A DNA stretch of 64,000 nucleotides from Narcine bancroftii. Its lineage: Eukaryota. Made by a program: the position numbers and the translations under genes. The notes below the pieces were generated by a model, which had not been told where the DNA came from, made no database searches, and saw only the letters and a list, made by a program, of their open reading frames with translations. The stretch lies in assembly GCF_036971445.1 (NCBI RefSeq), contig NC_091469.1, positions 157,976,001 through 158,040,000 of the forward strand, given 5' to 3'. Shown one piece after another: positions 46,221 to 59,099 of the stretch (within the stretch, counting starts at the first letter, position 1; each line of letters begins with the position of its first letter).

Positions 46221-46843
46221 ATTATCACAATCTTCCACATGGTTAGTACTCCACGTGTGTCCAGCCGAAACTCTTTGAAACCTGCTCACAGTGCCAATTG
46301 TTGCGTTTCGAAGAGTATCAGATTCAGTAGGGTTTACAGAAAGATGAGTCTGGACACAAGTGTTACAATCACAGATAACTTTAATGAACACACAGGAGAG
46401 AAACAGGGGAGAACGACAACCAGTACTCGATTACTATATTATTCAAACTATGATATCAACACTTACATTGGACCTAGGTTAACACCAGCGGCCGCCTATA
46501 CTCGACACGCTCACGCACTCTACAGAGACTTTCGCGCGCACTTCCAGTTCCCCATCCCATTGGGGGTGCGGCTCTCTGCTAGCACTGATTTATCGCAGTA
46601 CTACGGCTCAGCTGAAGTGTAGTGCACACCTTACACTTCCAGTGATGACCACAGTAGCGACCTGGTGTGGAGCCTGGTGGTCTGGGGCCTGGAGCACAAG
46701 GCAGAGGCGGAGAATGTGCTGTGCGTTGATGTGCTATACAGTTCTGATCTGGGCGCCTCGCCAATAATGACCCTAGATTATTTAAAGGAGCCAACAGCAA
46801 GGTGGCCGGAGCCTGACCTTGATTGACAGGTGATGTGACTTCC
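43994..46843 (-). mobile_element. Class III (ERV-L-like) gag-only LTR element; 3' LTR 43994-44656, 5' LTR 46299-~46843 (truncated by an L1 fragment)
   Basis: Diverged direct repeats with TG..CA ends; G-run PPT at 44657-44677; PBS TGGCACTGTGAGCAGGTT (46279-46296) matches tRNA-Ser(CGA) at 16/18; ERV-L Gag-like motifs in the internal region. Confidence 0.8.
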
Positions 46844-46844
46844 T

Positions 46845-47760
46845 TTTCCTTTCTAAAATATGTTAATTGAGGTTTTACACTATAAACAATTGAACAGCCC
46901 AGTTACACAATGTGCTGCAAGAGTTGAGAAAGAAAAACAAAATCAAAACATTATACAATATTCTCATAAAAAGGAAATCCTGAGCACAGAACACAACAGT
47001 AACAATAAAATAAGAATTTTTTGGAAAATTTTACTTTCCATTTGCATCAATACAAACGTAGAATTCTTCATCGTTTAACAATACAATGTAATAAAAACGA
47101 TACAAAAAGATATAACATTATTTTTTCTTTTTATCCCCCTCCCCCAAAAGAAAAAAAAAGAGAGAAAAAAGAGAAAACACCTGAATTTATTTTCATTCCC
47201 TATTCCTAACATATTGTTCTATCCTCTCTATATTAACTGGGAGGAGCGGGTGTTAAGGACGATGTGGATGGGCTCTCGCTGATGAAATCCAGATATGGTT
47301 TCCAAATCATATAAAAATTCTCAGGTTGATTCCTTAAATTATAAGTAATCTTTTGCAGTGGTTTACAGGTTTGAATTTCTGTACGCCATCTATCCAACTG
47401 TATAAAATTATCTGACGTCCACGTTACTGCCATACAGTTCTGTGCTACATTCAAATATTTTTGTTGATATTTGTCTAACTTCAATTTAGTATTAGTGTCA
47501 TATTCTGGGATCTTTTGGTATCTGTGTCTTCATAATCTGTCCCAATAATATATTGAAGTCTTCCCAAAATTCTCCCACAAGACCAAACTGCATGTAATAA
47601 GGTTCCTGTTTCTTTGTTACATCTGAAACATTTGTCAGAACAATTTGAATTAAGTCCATGTAATTTATACGGAGTGTGGTATAATTGGTGTAAAAAATTA
47701 TATTGCACCATTTCATATCTAACATTAATTGTATTAGTTACACTCTCCTGGCACAATAAA
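46845..47760 (-). mobile_element. L1 3' fragment (zf-RVT and 3' UTR)
   Basis: QYNFLHQLY..P..L...CFRC...GTLLHAVWSC. Confidence 0.82.
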
Positions 47761-47838
47761 ATAAGATTTAACACAAACAAAAACCCAGAAAGAAAAAATT
47801 TTGAAACCCCTTCCTTGAGGCAAGGTTGAACATTCTCG

Positions 47839-48219
47839 TGTATGAGTCAAGTGTCACCGACTGGGAGAGGGACAACACAGCGCCAAAAATTCCAGAACCA
47901 CCTTAAATCGTGACATTGGAGCGAGTGGACAGAACCAGCGCTAACAGCTCCTGTCTTGTGACAGCTGGACACAACAGCCTCCTATCTACTGGCAACTAGC
48001 CATGACAGCTATGAGGCACAGTGACTCAGCGCACCTGTAGGTCAACAGAGAAGCCCTGGCCTATGTCATGAGGTTGTTAGCACTTCTGATGTCATGATGT
48101 CGGGTCACATGTTGTGTGTCTATATTAAGCCGGATAACACTGTAATAAACACTTTTCTCTTCGCTGGCTGACAACTTTAGGTGTGGTCTCATTATTTCAA
48201 CATGATGGCATAGAGCACA
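47839..48219 (+). mobile_element. Possible small solo LTR
   Basis: TG..CA ends with TATATTAA followed by AATAAA; no clear TSD. Confidence 0.35.
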
Positions 48220-48459
48220 AAAATGTCCGCCAAAACATTATGATAATCGTCCATCAAAGGGCCCCATGTCTTTTGGAATTTAACATTTGAATCCTTGATA
48301 GTAATATCTAATTTTTTCTGAGGTTAAACAAGACATAATATCCCTTAACCATTGTGCATGTGTAGGTGGAGTATTATCTTTCCATTTAATCAAAATTGCA
48401 TGTCTGGCTAACAATGATATAAAAGATAAAATATGGCTTTGAACTGAAGTCATCAACAT

Positions 48460-50632
48460 CTTTAAAAATGTTTTTTAAATTTTTCACACTATGAACCATA
48501 TCAATCAAAATACACACAAACATTTCCCTCATAAATATACACAGTGGCATTTTCTCCCCTTCTTTCCCCCCCCTCCCTCCTTCCCACCCCCCTCCAAACC
48601 CATTAAACGTTCAACATATACAATACAATAAACCCATTAAACAATGTCATCACACAATGAAAATAAACAAGAAAATGGTGTCATCTACTTTTACACACTG
48701 GATCAGGTTATTTTGTCTTCTTCTCATTCTATCGTTTTAGGGGGTGGTGGTCTGCGGTAGGCCCTCTCTGTTGTGTTTCATGTACGGTTCCCAAATTTGT
48801 TCAAATAATGTGACTTTATTTTTTAAATTATATGTTATTTTTTTCCATTGGAATACATTTATTCATTTCTATGTATCATTGCTGTATTCTCAGGCTCTCT
48901 TCTGATTTCCAAGTTGACATTATACATTTTTTTGCTACAGCTAAGGCTATCATAATAAATCTTTTTTGCACTTCATCCAGTTTGAGGCCTAATTCTTTAC
49001 TTCTTATATTACTTAGAGGAAAGATCTCTGGATTTTTTGGTGTTGCTTTTTGTGACTTTATTTAATATCTGATTTAGATTTTCCCAAAACTTTTTCAGTT
49101 TCTCACATGCCCAAATTGCATGTAATGTTGTTCCCTTTTCCTTCTTACAGCGAAAACATCTATCTGATAATGTTGGATCCCATTTAAACTTTTGATCCTC
49201 TTCATTAGGTGCATATATATTGATCTGAATATATCTGACATTTTATCATTACATACCTCCCTGCTGGATCTATTATTTCCTCCTCTATTTTGATTGGTAG
49301 AATTTTATTTATTAATATAGCTACACCTCTGGCTTTTGAATTATATGATGCTGCCGCTACATGCCCTACCCAGTCTCTCCTTAATTTATTATGTTCTACT
49401 TCAGTTTCCTGCACAAATGCTATGTCTATTTTTTCTTTTCTCAGGAAATTTAATAGCCTTTTTCATTTAATTTGGTTATGTATTCCATTAATATTTATAG
49501 TCATATAGTTCAACATGGCCAACTCATATTCTGTTTACAGCTCATTTCTGCTTCCTCACCACCACCTTCCCCCTTTTCCCCATTTTCATCTCTCAGTTTT
49601 CCCTTTTTGAACTCAATGTATGACAACACTTTTAAAACTTTTAATACTTCAACAACTCCCACATCTCTTGAGACTAACCTTTTTGTCACTTTCTTCCAAT
49701 TTTCTTCTTGTCATTCACTTCCATTTCTACCGCCATTACACGTTCTTCCACATTTTCTAATCTTTTCCCTATTTCTGTCATGACCAGCTCTATTCTACTC
49801 ACTTTTTCTTCTGTACTTCTCATTTTTCTTTTCATTTCACTAAGTTCTAATGTCAACCATTCTTTTAATACTTTCATTTGTTCTTGAAATTTTTAAAATC
49901 TATGTACTGTCCATCTATGTTACCTTCTATTCCTCTGTGCAGAGCTTGGTCTTCTTCTCCCTCTTCTCTGTGTCTGCATCTGTGTTTGTGTCTTCTACTT
50001 CTCTTCCTTGTATCTGTGTCTTTTCTGACTTTCTTGTTGAGCTGCTTGCCTCACTTTGCTGAGTGTCTTCTTGCATGGCCTTTTGCTGTTGGTCCTCTTT
50101 TTCTGGGCTAGTCATTCATTGGGCCTCCTGTTGCTGTTCTTCTTTCCTATCACTCCCTTTCCTGTTGCTTTCCTCTTCTTCCAGCTGAGAGCCCTGATGT
50201 CGGGCATCCCTCAGCTGGTCGCGCTGGTCCTCAGCTGGGTCCCCCTCCCATCAGTGTTTTCTTTTTCCTTAGTGTGCGCATTGCACACTTCTGTTTGGCT
50301 CAGAGAGCCATTTTTGCAGTCCAGCAGTCGAAGGGTCGCGACTCTGTGGGGTCGTCAACAACCTTGGGGACCAGGCTCTTTTATCCATGATGGCTCCCTG
50401 TTTATTCATGCAGGTAAGGCCTTCTCCTTTCTCTTCTGGCATCTTTCTTCTTTTTTTCCCATTGTTTTTACTTTTTCCTTCTTGGGTGCCATTTTCTTTC
50501 TTTTCTCCACAACTTTATCTTTTATTTGTTGTGTTTTGTGTTTCTTGAACTTTGTATTTTCTTCACTTTATTTCTTCTTTTCTGGAGAGGGCTGGTATTC
50601 TCCTACTAGCCACTACTCCATCACATGACTCC
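48460..50632 (-). mobile_element. Internally deleted L1 that keeps both its 5' and 3' ends
   Basis: 5' end homologous to 3300-3398; ORF1 N-terminus; endonuclease N-terminus fused near 49195 directly to zf-RVT and the 3' UTR. Confidence 0.75.
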
Positions 50633-51160
50633 TCCCTGAAATAGATTTAATATCCCATTTATATATAAGATCTTCTGTTACTCTCGCTCCAACTTTGTGA
50701 AGTTCAATTTCCACCCATGAAGGATTGTCTCTTCCATCAAAGAGGGAAGTGACAAATTTCATCTGGGCTTCCCAATAGTAATATTTAAAATGTGGGAGTT
50801 GCAACTCTCCCCCCACCCATCCCCATATGGTATTGCCAAGTTGAGTTTTCCATGGAGACTCTGGCTAACTTACCTTTCCAAAGAAAGGTAATTTATTCAA
50901 ATTTTGAAAAAAATTCTGTGGTAATGGTATTGGAAGAGTGTGAAAGAGGCATTGCATACATGGAAATACATTCATTTTAATACAGTTAACTCTTCCAATT
51001 AAAGTTATCGGAAGAGTTATACATTTATTTAAATCCTCTTCAACTTTTTTAAGCAAGGCAAGGTAGTTAATTTTGTACAATATTTTAAATCATTATCCAT
51101 TTTGATTCCCCAAATACTTTATCCAATTCTTCAGCCATTTAAATTTTGTATTTCTTTGAT
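50633..51160 (-). mobile_element. L1 ORF2 internal fragment
   Basis: NY..LL..V..DL....LPITLIGRVNCIKMN; GGELQLP..YY. Confidence 0.75.
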
Positions 51161-51184
51161 GAGTCAATGAAGGATGATTAAAAT

Positions 51185-51314
51185 AGTGGTTTTCAAACTT
51201 TTTATTTCCACCCACATACAAACTTAAGCAATCCCTGACTAATCACAGAGCACCGATGGCATAGGGAATACTTCAAGGGGAATGTGAGTTTGGGGGGAAG
51301 TTTGAAATCCACTG
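51185..51314. mobile_element. Single ~130-bp hAT MITE unit (others at about 41523-41611 and 51922-52047)
   Basis: Matches one half of the composite element at 3793-4164. Confidence 0.75.
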
Positions 51315-52288
51315 GTTTAGAGGAAACATGAGGGGGATCTTCTTCACACAGGGAGCAGTGGAAGTGTGGAACGAGCTGCCAGCTGAGGTGGTGAATGCGC
51401 GCTCAAATTTAACATTTAACAATTTAGTCAGGTATATGGATGGGAGAGGTATGGAGGACTATGGACTGAGAGCAGATCAATAGGACTAGACCAAAAAACT
51501 GACTCAGCACAGGCTAGAAGGGCTAAAGAGGCCTGTTTTTGTGCTGTGGTGTTCTATAGTTCAAAAATCAAGCGCACCTCTAGAGTATAGAGCAGTGGTT
51601 TTCAAAGTTTTCTTTCCACTCACATATCACAGGTGCTCCAATGCCCTAAGCTTTTCCCCTGTCACCCTTAACCCATGCCCTCTGGTTTGTATCTCACCTA
51701 CCCTCATTGAAAAAGCCTATCTATATTTACTCTGTCTATCCCCCTCATAATGTTGTGTACCTCTATCAAATCTCCCCTCATTCTTCTATGCTCCAGGGAA
51801 TAAAGTCCTAATTTATTGGCTTCATATTTCACCCTTCAGTACCAGAATCATAATTTATTGTCATGGACATGTCACATAATTCAGCGTTACAGGAGTATTA
51901 CTGGTGTAAACATTGTTAGAACAGTGGTCCTTGGCCTTTTTCTTTCCACCCACGTTCCACCTTAAGCAATCCCTGACTAATCATAGAGCCCTGATGGCAG
52001 AGGGATGACTTACAGTGGGATGTGGGTGGGAAGGTTGAGACCCGCTGATTTATGGCCTCCATAAGAGTGTGGGTATGCCAGACGGAATGTACCTGGCGGC
52101 TACCAGGCTGATGCTGACCACTTCCCTCCGTGCGGCCCCTGCAGGGACGGGTTCGGGGACGGGGCGTGTTCTGGCCCCTCTCGCTCTCTGACGGGTGGCC
52201 CCCCGACTTTGCCGAGTTGCGCAGGACGGATCCGAGCAGTTCCGTGGAAATCGGCTGGGTTGCTACCACCAACTTCGATATCCTGGCG

Positions 52289-52343
52289 ATGAGCTCCCTC
52301 CTGGGTTCCCTCTGCGCAGTCCTGATGTCCGTCCCAGGCCAAG
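52289..52343 (+). CDS. Paralogous receptor gene B, exon 1 (signal peptide) in a CpG-rich island; no downstream exons found in the window
   Basis: MSSLLGSLCAVLMSVPGQ(G) aligns without gaps to gene A exon 1, including the G|GTTACAG donor context. Confidence 0.62.
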
Positions 52344-53029
52344 GTTACAGGAGGTGTCTTCCATTCACCCAACTCTCTCCCTCTGGTCGTCTCTGCCTCA
52401 CTCTCTGAACTTTGCCCGACCCGGAGTTGTCAGTCCAATTTGGGGTCTATCCCGCAGCCGCTGCCGTCAGAGGGGGAGGGGAGGAATCATTGGGATCCAA
52501 GGGTTTCTAAAGACTCGATTTAGCAGGTCGGATGTGAAGATGGGTTTGTTTGCAGCTTCGCCGCTGAGCGGCACTGTTGGTTGGAGGGGCCGAGTGGCCA
52601 GTTGACCTGATTCGGGTGTCGGGGTGTCTCAGCCGCAACGGCTAGTGGCTAACCATTGCGAAGGGGGCTGCTCCTATTGCCGGGGATGGGGGGGTGGGAG
52701 GTGAGAACCCAGAATGGGGGGGGGGGGGGAATTGGCAGAATAAGACAAATGTGTCCACTGAGAGTTGTGGCTTCAGAATGCAGGGGCGGGGGAGCATGGT
52801 TGCCGGGGCAGGCGGGGTGGGGGAAGCACTGCCTGGATTGTCCCTATAGAGAGCCAATGTCAAGTGGTCGCCTGGGCTTCTTCCTTTGGTGACCAGATGT
52901 GACTCAGGGTCTTTCCAAGAACTGGTATTTCACACAAGCTGTGGCCCAGAAAGTCCAACCAACCGCCCCTCATCCAGGGAATAAAACCAGCAACATTATA
53001 TGTCAAAAAAAGTTTTGGAGAATGGATAA

Positions 53030-54275
53030 GAACATAAGAAATAAGGGTAAGAGTCGAACCTGCTTCCCCATTCAATGAGATCATGGCTGATCTGATCATC
53101 AACTCAACTCCATCGACCTGCCTTTCCCTCATATTCCTTAATTCCTTTATTATGTAAAAATCCATCTAACTGAACCTTAAATACGTTTAATGAAGTCGCC
53201 TCAACCACTTCCCTGGGCAGAGAATTCCACAGATTCACTTCTCTCTAGGAAAACATCTCCGTCTTAAATCTACTCCCTTGAATCTTGACGCTCTGTCCCC
53301 TCGTTCTGATCTCACCTACCAGTGAAAACAATTTTCCTGCCTCTAGCTTATCCCTTTCATAATTTTATATGCTTCTATAAGATCTCCTCTCATTCTTCTG
53401 AATTCGAGTGAGTATAATCCCAGGTGATTGAGTCTCTCCTCATAGGTCAACCCCCTCATCTCTGAGATCCACCTGGTGAACCTCCTCTGGACTGCTTCCT
53501 TGGCTAGTACATCCTTCCTCAAATCTGGAGACCAGAACCGCACACAGTTCTCCAGGTGCAGCCTCACCAGTACCTTGTACGGATGCAGCACGACCTCCCT
53601 GCTCTTGAATCCAATTCCTCTAGTGATGAAGGCCAACATTCCACTTGCCTTCTTAATAACCAGTTATACCTGCAACCCAAATTTTTGCGATTCATGCACA
53701 AGCCCTCCCAAGTCCTTCTGCACCACAGTGTGCTGCAGTTTTTCACCAGTTAAATAATAATTTACTCTTCTAGTTTTCTTACCAAAGTGGATGACCTTGC
53801 ACTTACTAACATTGTACTTCATCTGCCAGACCTTTACCCATTCACCTAACTTAACTATATCCTTCTTCAGCCTCTTCCCATCCTCTGTACAATTTACTTT
53901 TCCACTCAATTTAGTATCATCCACAAATTTGGCTTCACTACACTCTGTACCCTCTTCCAAATCATCAATATAAATGGTGATCAACTGTGGGCCCAGCACC
54001 AACCCCTGTTGCACCCCACTTACCCCCATTTATCAAGACTCTCTGCCTTCTGTCAGTTAACTAATCCTCAATCCATGCCAATGTACCTCCCCAACTCCAT
54101 TCATCTGTATCTTATTGATAAGTCTCTTGTGCAGCACCTTATCAAATGCTTTCTGGAAATCCAAATATACAATATCAACCTGTTCCCCTCTATCTACCAC
54201 ACCCACTATATCCCCAAAGAACTCCAGCATTTGTCAATCAAGACCTACCCTTTCTCAATCCATGCTGTGTCTGCC
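53030..54275 (-). mobile_element. CR1 LINE 3' part, same subfamily as 20734-22880
   Basis: High nucleotide similarity to 20734-21990; RT motifs. Confidence 0.88.
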
Positions 54276-56625
54276 TTTTTTTAAAATCTTTATTTAAAAT
54301 TTTATGACATGAATAAAATAAAAATAACATTTAAATAAATAATAAAAAATAAGATAATACAAATTAGAATACTACATCATTAAACTACACAAATTAACCC
54401 CCCCCAATAATTATAACACATTAATCATCTAATTTAAAATTAGTCCAACCCTCCCCCCAAAATAAAGAGTGAAGAATTAATTAACAATGTTGTAAATAAA
54501 ATAGAAAAAACCCCACTTACAAAAAAAAGGATAAAACTTAACAACAAAAAAAATGACTAACAACAAAAAAAATCAATACTAAAATAATACCCTTAAACAT
54601 ATATTTAAATCAAACATAATACATGTATTTAACAAATGAAATCCACTTTAAAACTAAGTTCAAATATTAAAATCATATATCAACCACAAAAAATACAAAA
54701 AATCATAATTAATAATACATAAATACAGAATTTCCATTAATACCAAGTTTCCTTTATAATTCATCGAGAGAACAAAAACATCCCTTAGAAAAACAATCAG
54801 ATAAACTTTTTATTCCCTTCCCCTCCCCTTATTTAAAAAAAAGAAAAAAAAAGAAAAAAGTTCAAACTCTTATAAAATTCTCCATATTCTTCATTTATAA
54901 CATCTTCAAAATTCTCTATCGAAATTAACTTAATTTTATTAAACTCTTCTCCCTCAATGTATTTGTACTTGGTTTTCTTCTTTTTCTTATCACTCTTCCC
55001 CTCATCTTCCTCTTCATCTAATTCAACATCCTCAATTTTTGACTTATTATCTTCTGTGACATCATCCTCTTAAAAAAGAAAGAAAAAAGAGAAAAAAAAA
55101 CCCAAAAAAAGAGAAAAAAAAGAGAGAAAAAACCTCCGAATTCTCTCTCAATTACAATCAGAAAACAAAAAGAGTTTAAAAAAAAATTTTTATTAAAAAA
55201 AAATAATAAAAAAAACCCTTCACTTCTTAACCCAAAAATTAAAAAGAAAAAAAAAACAGGTCAGAGGTCACGACTACCTCCTCCTGTTTAAACCGCCCAA
55301 AGCGGTAACTCCCCCAAAATATTGGGTGTGAGATAACTCCCAGGTAGCTGATGACTTCTGGAAACTAGTGCCCACCAAGTTCCCTCTCCCAACTCCCATT
55401 TCATTAAACTATCATCATTATTTAAACTATTTAAACTCTTCTCAAAAAAAAAAATAAAAGATTTATTTTTTTAAATCAATGTTACCACTTTGGTCACCAT
55501 TGCTTCCATTTCTTTTAAAAAACTGGATCCCACCTTACATCTCTACTCTCTTTGGAGACCTTGAAGGACTACATTGTTCCTAAAACTGCATGATTAGTAG
55601 AGACTGAGCAAAGTCCATAACCTCTTTAGGATTGTCAAAGAACTTTAGCTAATTTCCATCCTAAAAAATCTTCAGTACTGCAGGATACCTGAATGTTGCC
55701 TTATGTCTTTTTTTCCACAACCGTTCTTTCACAGAATTAAATTTGCGTCGTTGAAACATAATTTCTTGACTCAAATCTTGATAGAAGAAAACAGGATTAT
55801 TCTGAACCATCAAAGGAGATCTATTTTGCTGGGCATTTCTAATAGCCGTACGTAAAATTGTCTCTCTGTCACAATAGTTTAAACAACGGATCAAAACAGA
55901 TCTTAGATTCTGTCCTGAAAAAGATTTTCTTCTTAAAACTCTATAAGCACGTTCCAGTATTAAACGTTAAGGGAATTTATCCTGTCCTAACACTCGTGGA
56001 ATCCATTCAGTAAAAAAATTTCTTGGATCTGGTCCTTCTATGCCTTCTGGCAAACCAACAATTTTCACGTTGTTCCGTCTAGATTGATTCTCCAAATAAT
56101 CAAACTTTTTTGCTAAATTTTTATTTTGGATCTGCAATGTTTCAATTATTCTATTTTCATCTTGCAGTTGATCCTGTGCATCGACTAAACCTTGATCACA
56201 CATTTCAAATCTTTCAATGGTTTCAAGCTTAAAAGCTCCATTAATGGCTTCCGCCATCGCATTAATCTTAGAAATAAACAGGTTCACAAAATTAGCTAAG
56301 TGACTCGATACAGAATATATCTTATCTTCAAGATCCTTAACAGACATTTCAACAGAAGTAGATTCAGGCATAATGGGGTCTTGCTGTTCCTTAGAGACCA
56401 CGGGATCTTCTGTCCCTTCCCTTAATTTAGTATCTTTTCTAGCAGTTTGACTTCGTATAAAAATCCCTCTCAAAGTCCCCCCAGCAATGCCAGGAGACTG
56501 AAGATCAGAGTTATCTTTAAGCCAAATCTCTTTAATCATCTTCACTGAATCGATGTCTGGAAAAATCGTTGTAATTGAAGATGCTATGCATCCCAGGTAC
56601 CCACTATTCTCCATTAAAAAAGAAT
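54276..56625 (-). mobile_element. L1-derived ORF1-only (HAL1-like) element with a long T-rich 3' region and poly(A) end
   Basis: ORF1 fragments YLENQSRRNNVKIVGLPEG and FFYQDLS...FRYPAVLK; no ORF2; AATAAA plus A-run on the minus strand at 54276-54293. Confidence 0.72.
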
Positions 56626-57099
56626 CTTACCCCTAATATCTCCTCTCAACTTCCCTCCTCTCTGGATGTGCTCTGGTGTTTCCTACACCTATCCTGGGAA
56701 AAGGGTACTGGGTGTCTACCCTATCTAGGCCTCTCATATCTCATAGACTTCTAATAAGTCACCTCTCATCCTTCTTCACTCTAAAGAGAAAAACCCCAGC
56801 TCTGCTAAGCTTGCCTCATAAGACACATTCTCCAATTGCGGCAACATCCTTTGCATCCTCTCCAGAACTTCCACATCCTTCCTGTAATGAGGTGACCAGA
56901 ACTGAACCCCTAATGTCCCAAGTGTGTTCTAACTGGAGTTTTATAGAGCTGCAACATCACTTCTCGCTTGATAGAAGGGGACTTAAAGGAAGTCGATGAG
57001 ATTATGAGAGGCATAGATGGGGTGGACAACCAGTGCCTTTATCCTGGGGTGTGAGTAGGACACACTGGATGACTTCTTGACTCTTAAGCTCAACCCCCG

Positions 57100-59090
57100 A
57101 TTTTTCTTTTTGGAAAATTTATTTTTTTCATTTGTATCAAATATTAGCATCTTTCTCCGTCCTGACTTAAATACATCATAATAAAAACAATGGAAAATGA
57201 TGCATAGTTTCATTTTTATCCCCATCCCTCCCCCTCCTCCAAAAAGATAGAAAGAAGAAAAACACACCTGAATAATTTTACATCAATCAACATTTATATT
57301 TTATCACATATTAATTCTGTCTTGAACATATTAATTGGGAGGAGTGGGTGTAGTGGGATGGATTTTTATCAACCAAATCCATACATGATTTCCAAATCCT
57401 ATAAAAAAAATTCTGGTTGGTTCCTTAAATTATAAGGAATTTTTTCTAATGGTATACAATGTTGTATTTCCACATGCCATCTATCCACCCTACAATATTG
57501 TCCGACTTCCCTGTTACTGCCATACACTTCTTCGCCACCGCTATTGCTACACTCCCAAACTTTCGTTGATCCTGGTCTAGCTTCAATTTAGTATCTATTT
57601 CATGTAATTCACCGAGCAAAAATGTTCTGGGATCTTTTGGTATTTGTATCTTCATAATTCTTCCCAATAAGTCACACAAATCGTCCCCAAACTTTCCAAC
57701 CTTTTCACCCAACCAAACTGCATGCAGTCAAGTACCGAGTTCCTTGTTACACCTGAAACACTTGTCGGAGCCATTTGCATTGAGTCTGTCTTTTGGCCTG
57801 GAAGTCAGCCTGAAGAAAACGGAGGTCCTCCATCAGCCAGCTCCCCACCATGACTACCAGCCTCCCCACATCTCCATCGGGCACACAAAACTCAAAACGG
57901 TCAACCAGTTTACCTATCTCGGCTGCACCATTTCATCAGATGCAAGGATCGACAACGAGATAGACAACAGACTCGCCAAGGCAAATAGCGCCTTTGGAAG
58001 ACTACACAAAAGAGCCTGGAAAAACAACCAACTGAAAAACCTCACAAAGATAAGCGTATACAGAGCCGTTGTCATACCCACACTCCTGTTTGGCTCCGAA
58101 TCATGGGTCCTCTACCGGCATCACCTACGGCTCCTAGAACGCTTCCACCAGTGTTGTCTCCGCTCCATCCTCAACATTCATTGGAGCGACTTCATCCCTA
58201 ACATCGAAGTACTCGAGATGGCAGAGGCCGACAGCATCGAGTCCACGCTGCTGAAGATACAGCTGCGCTGGGTGGGTCTCGTCTCCAGAATGGAGGATCA
58301 TCGCCTTCCCAAGATCGTGTTATATGGCGAGCTCTCCACTGGCCACCGTGACAGAGGTGCACCAAAGAAAAGGTACAAGGACTGCCTAAAGAAATCTCTT
58401 GGTGCCTGCCACATTGACCACCGCCAGTGGGCTGATATCGCCTCAAACCGTGCATCTTGGCGCCTCACAGTTCGGCGCGCAGCAACCTCCTTTGAAGAAG
58501 ACCACAGAGCCCACCTCACTTACAAAAGTCAAAGGAGGAAAAACCCAACACTCAACCCCAACCAACCAATTTTCCCCTGCAACCGCTGCAACCGTGTCTG
58601 CCTGTCCCGCATCGGACTTGTCAGCCACAATCGAGCCTGCAGCTGACGTGGACTTTTACCCCCTCCATAAATCTTCGTCCGCGAAGCCAAGCCAGAAGTA
58701 TAACTGGGGCAAAAAAAATGATATTGTACCATTTGGTATCTGACATTAATTGTATTAGTTACACTCACATGACACATTCTTGACCATACCTCTTCTTTAA
58801 TTTGCATGTTTAAATCTTTTTCCCACCTTTGTTTTGACTTATATACATCCTTTTTTTGCATTATATGTCTTGAAATTTTATATCCGTATTAGTAATAAGT
58901 TTCTTTATAAATGTATCAGTTATTAAATATTGAAATTGGCTATGTTCCTGAAGTCTAAAATTCTCACCTAGATTCTTTATTAAATATGATTTGAGCTGAA
59001 AATATGAAAAAAATGGTATTATTTGGTATATTATATCTCTTTAATTTGCTCCCATCAACAACAATTTTTTATCCTCTTGGTCCCATGAAT
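57100..59090 (-). mobile_element. L1 3' fragment split by an RTE insertion
   Basis: Homologous to 47230-47750 on both sides of the RTE. Confidence 0.78.
57791..58699 (+). mobile_element. RTE-clade (BovB-like) LINE, 5'-truncated, open ORF2 C-terminus
   Basis: FGLEVSLKKTEV..FTYLG..RLAKANSAFGRL..LLFGSESW..QLRW.G..RM...RLPK..LYGEL..C-terminal C2H2-like motif. Confidence 0.92.
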
Positions 59091-59099
59091 TCTTGAAAG

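Noticed and set aside
57744-57790. N-terminus of the 300-aa ORF
   Set aside because: Chance in-frame antisense L1 sequence upstream of the truncated RTE; not a real start.
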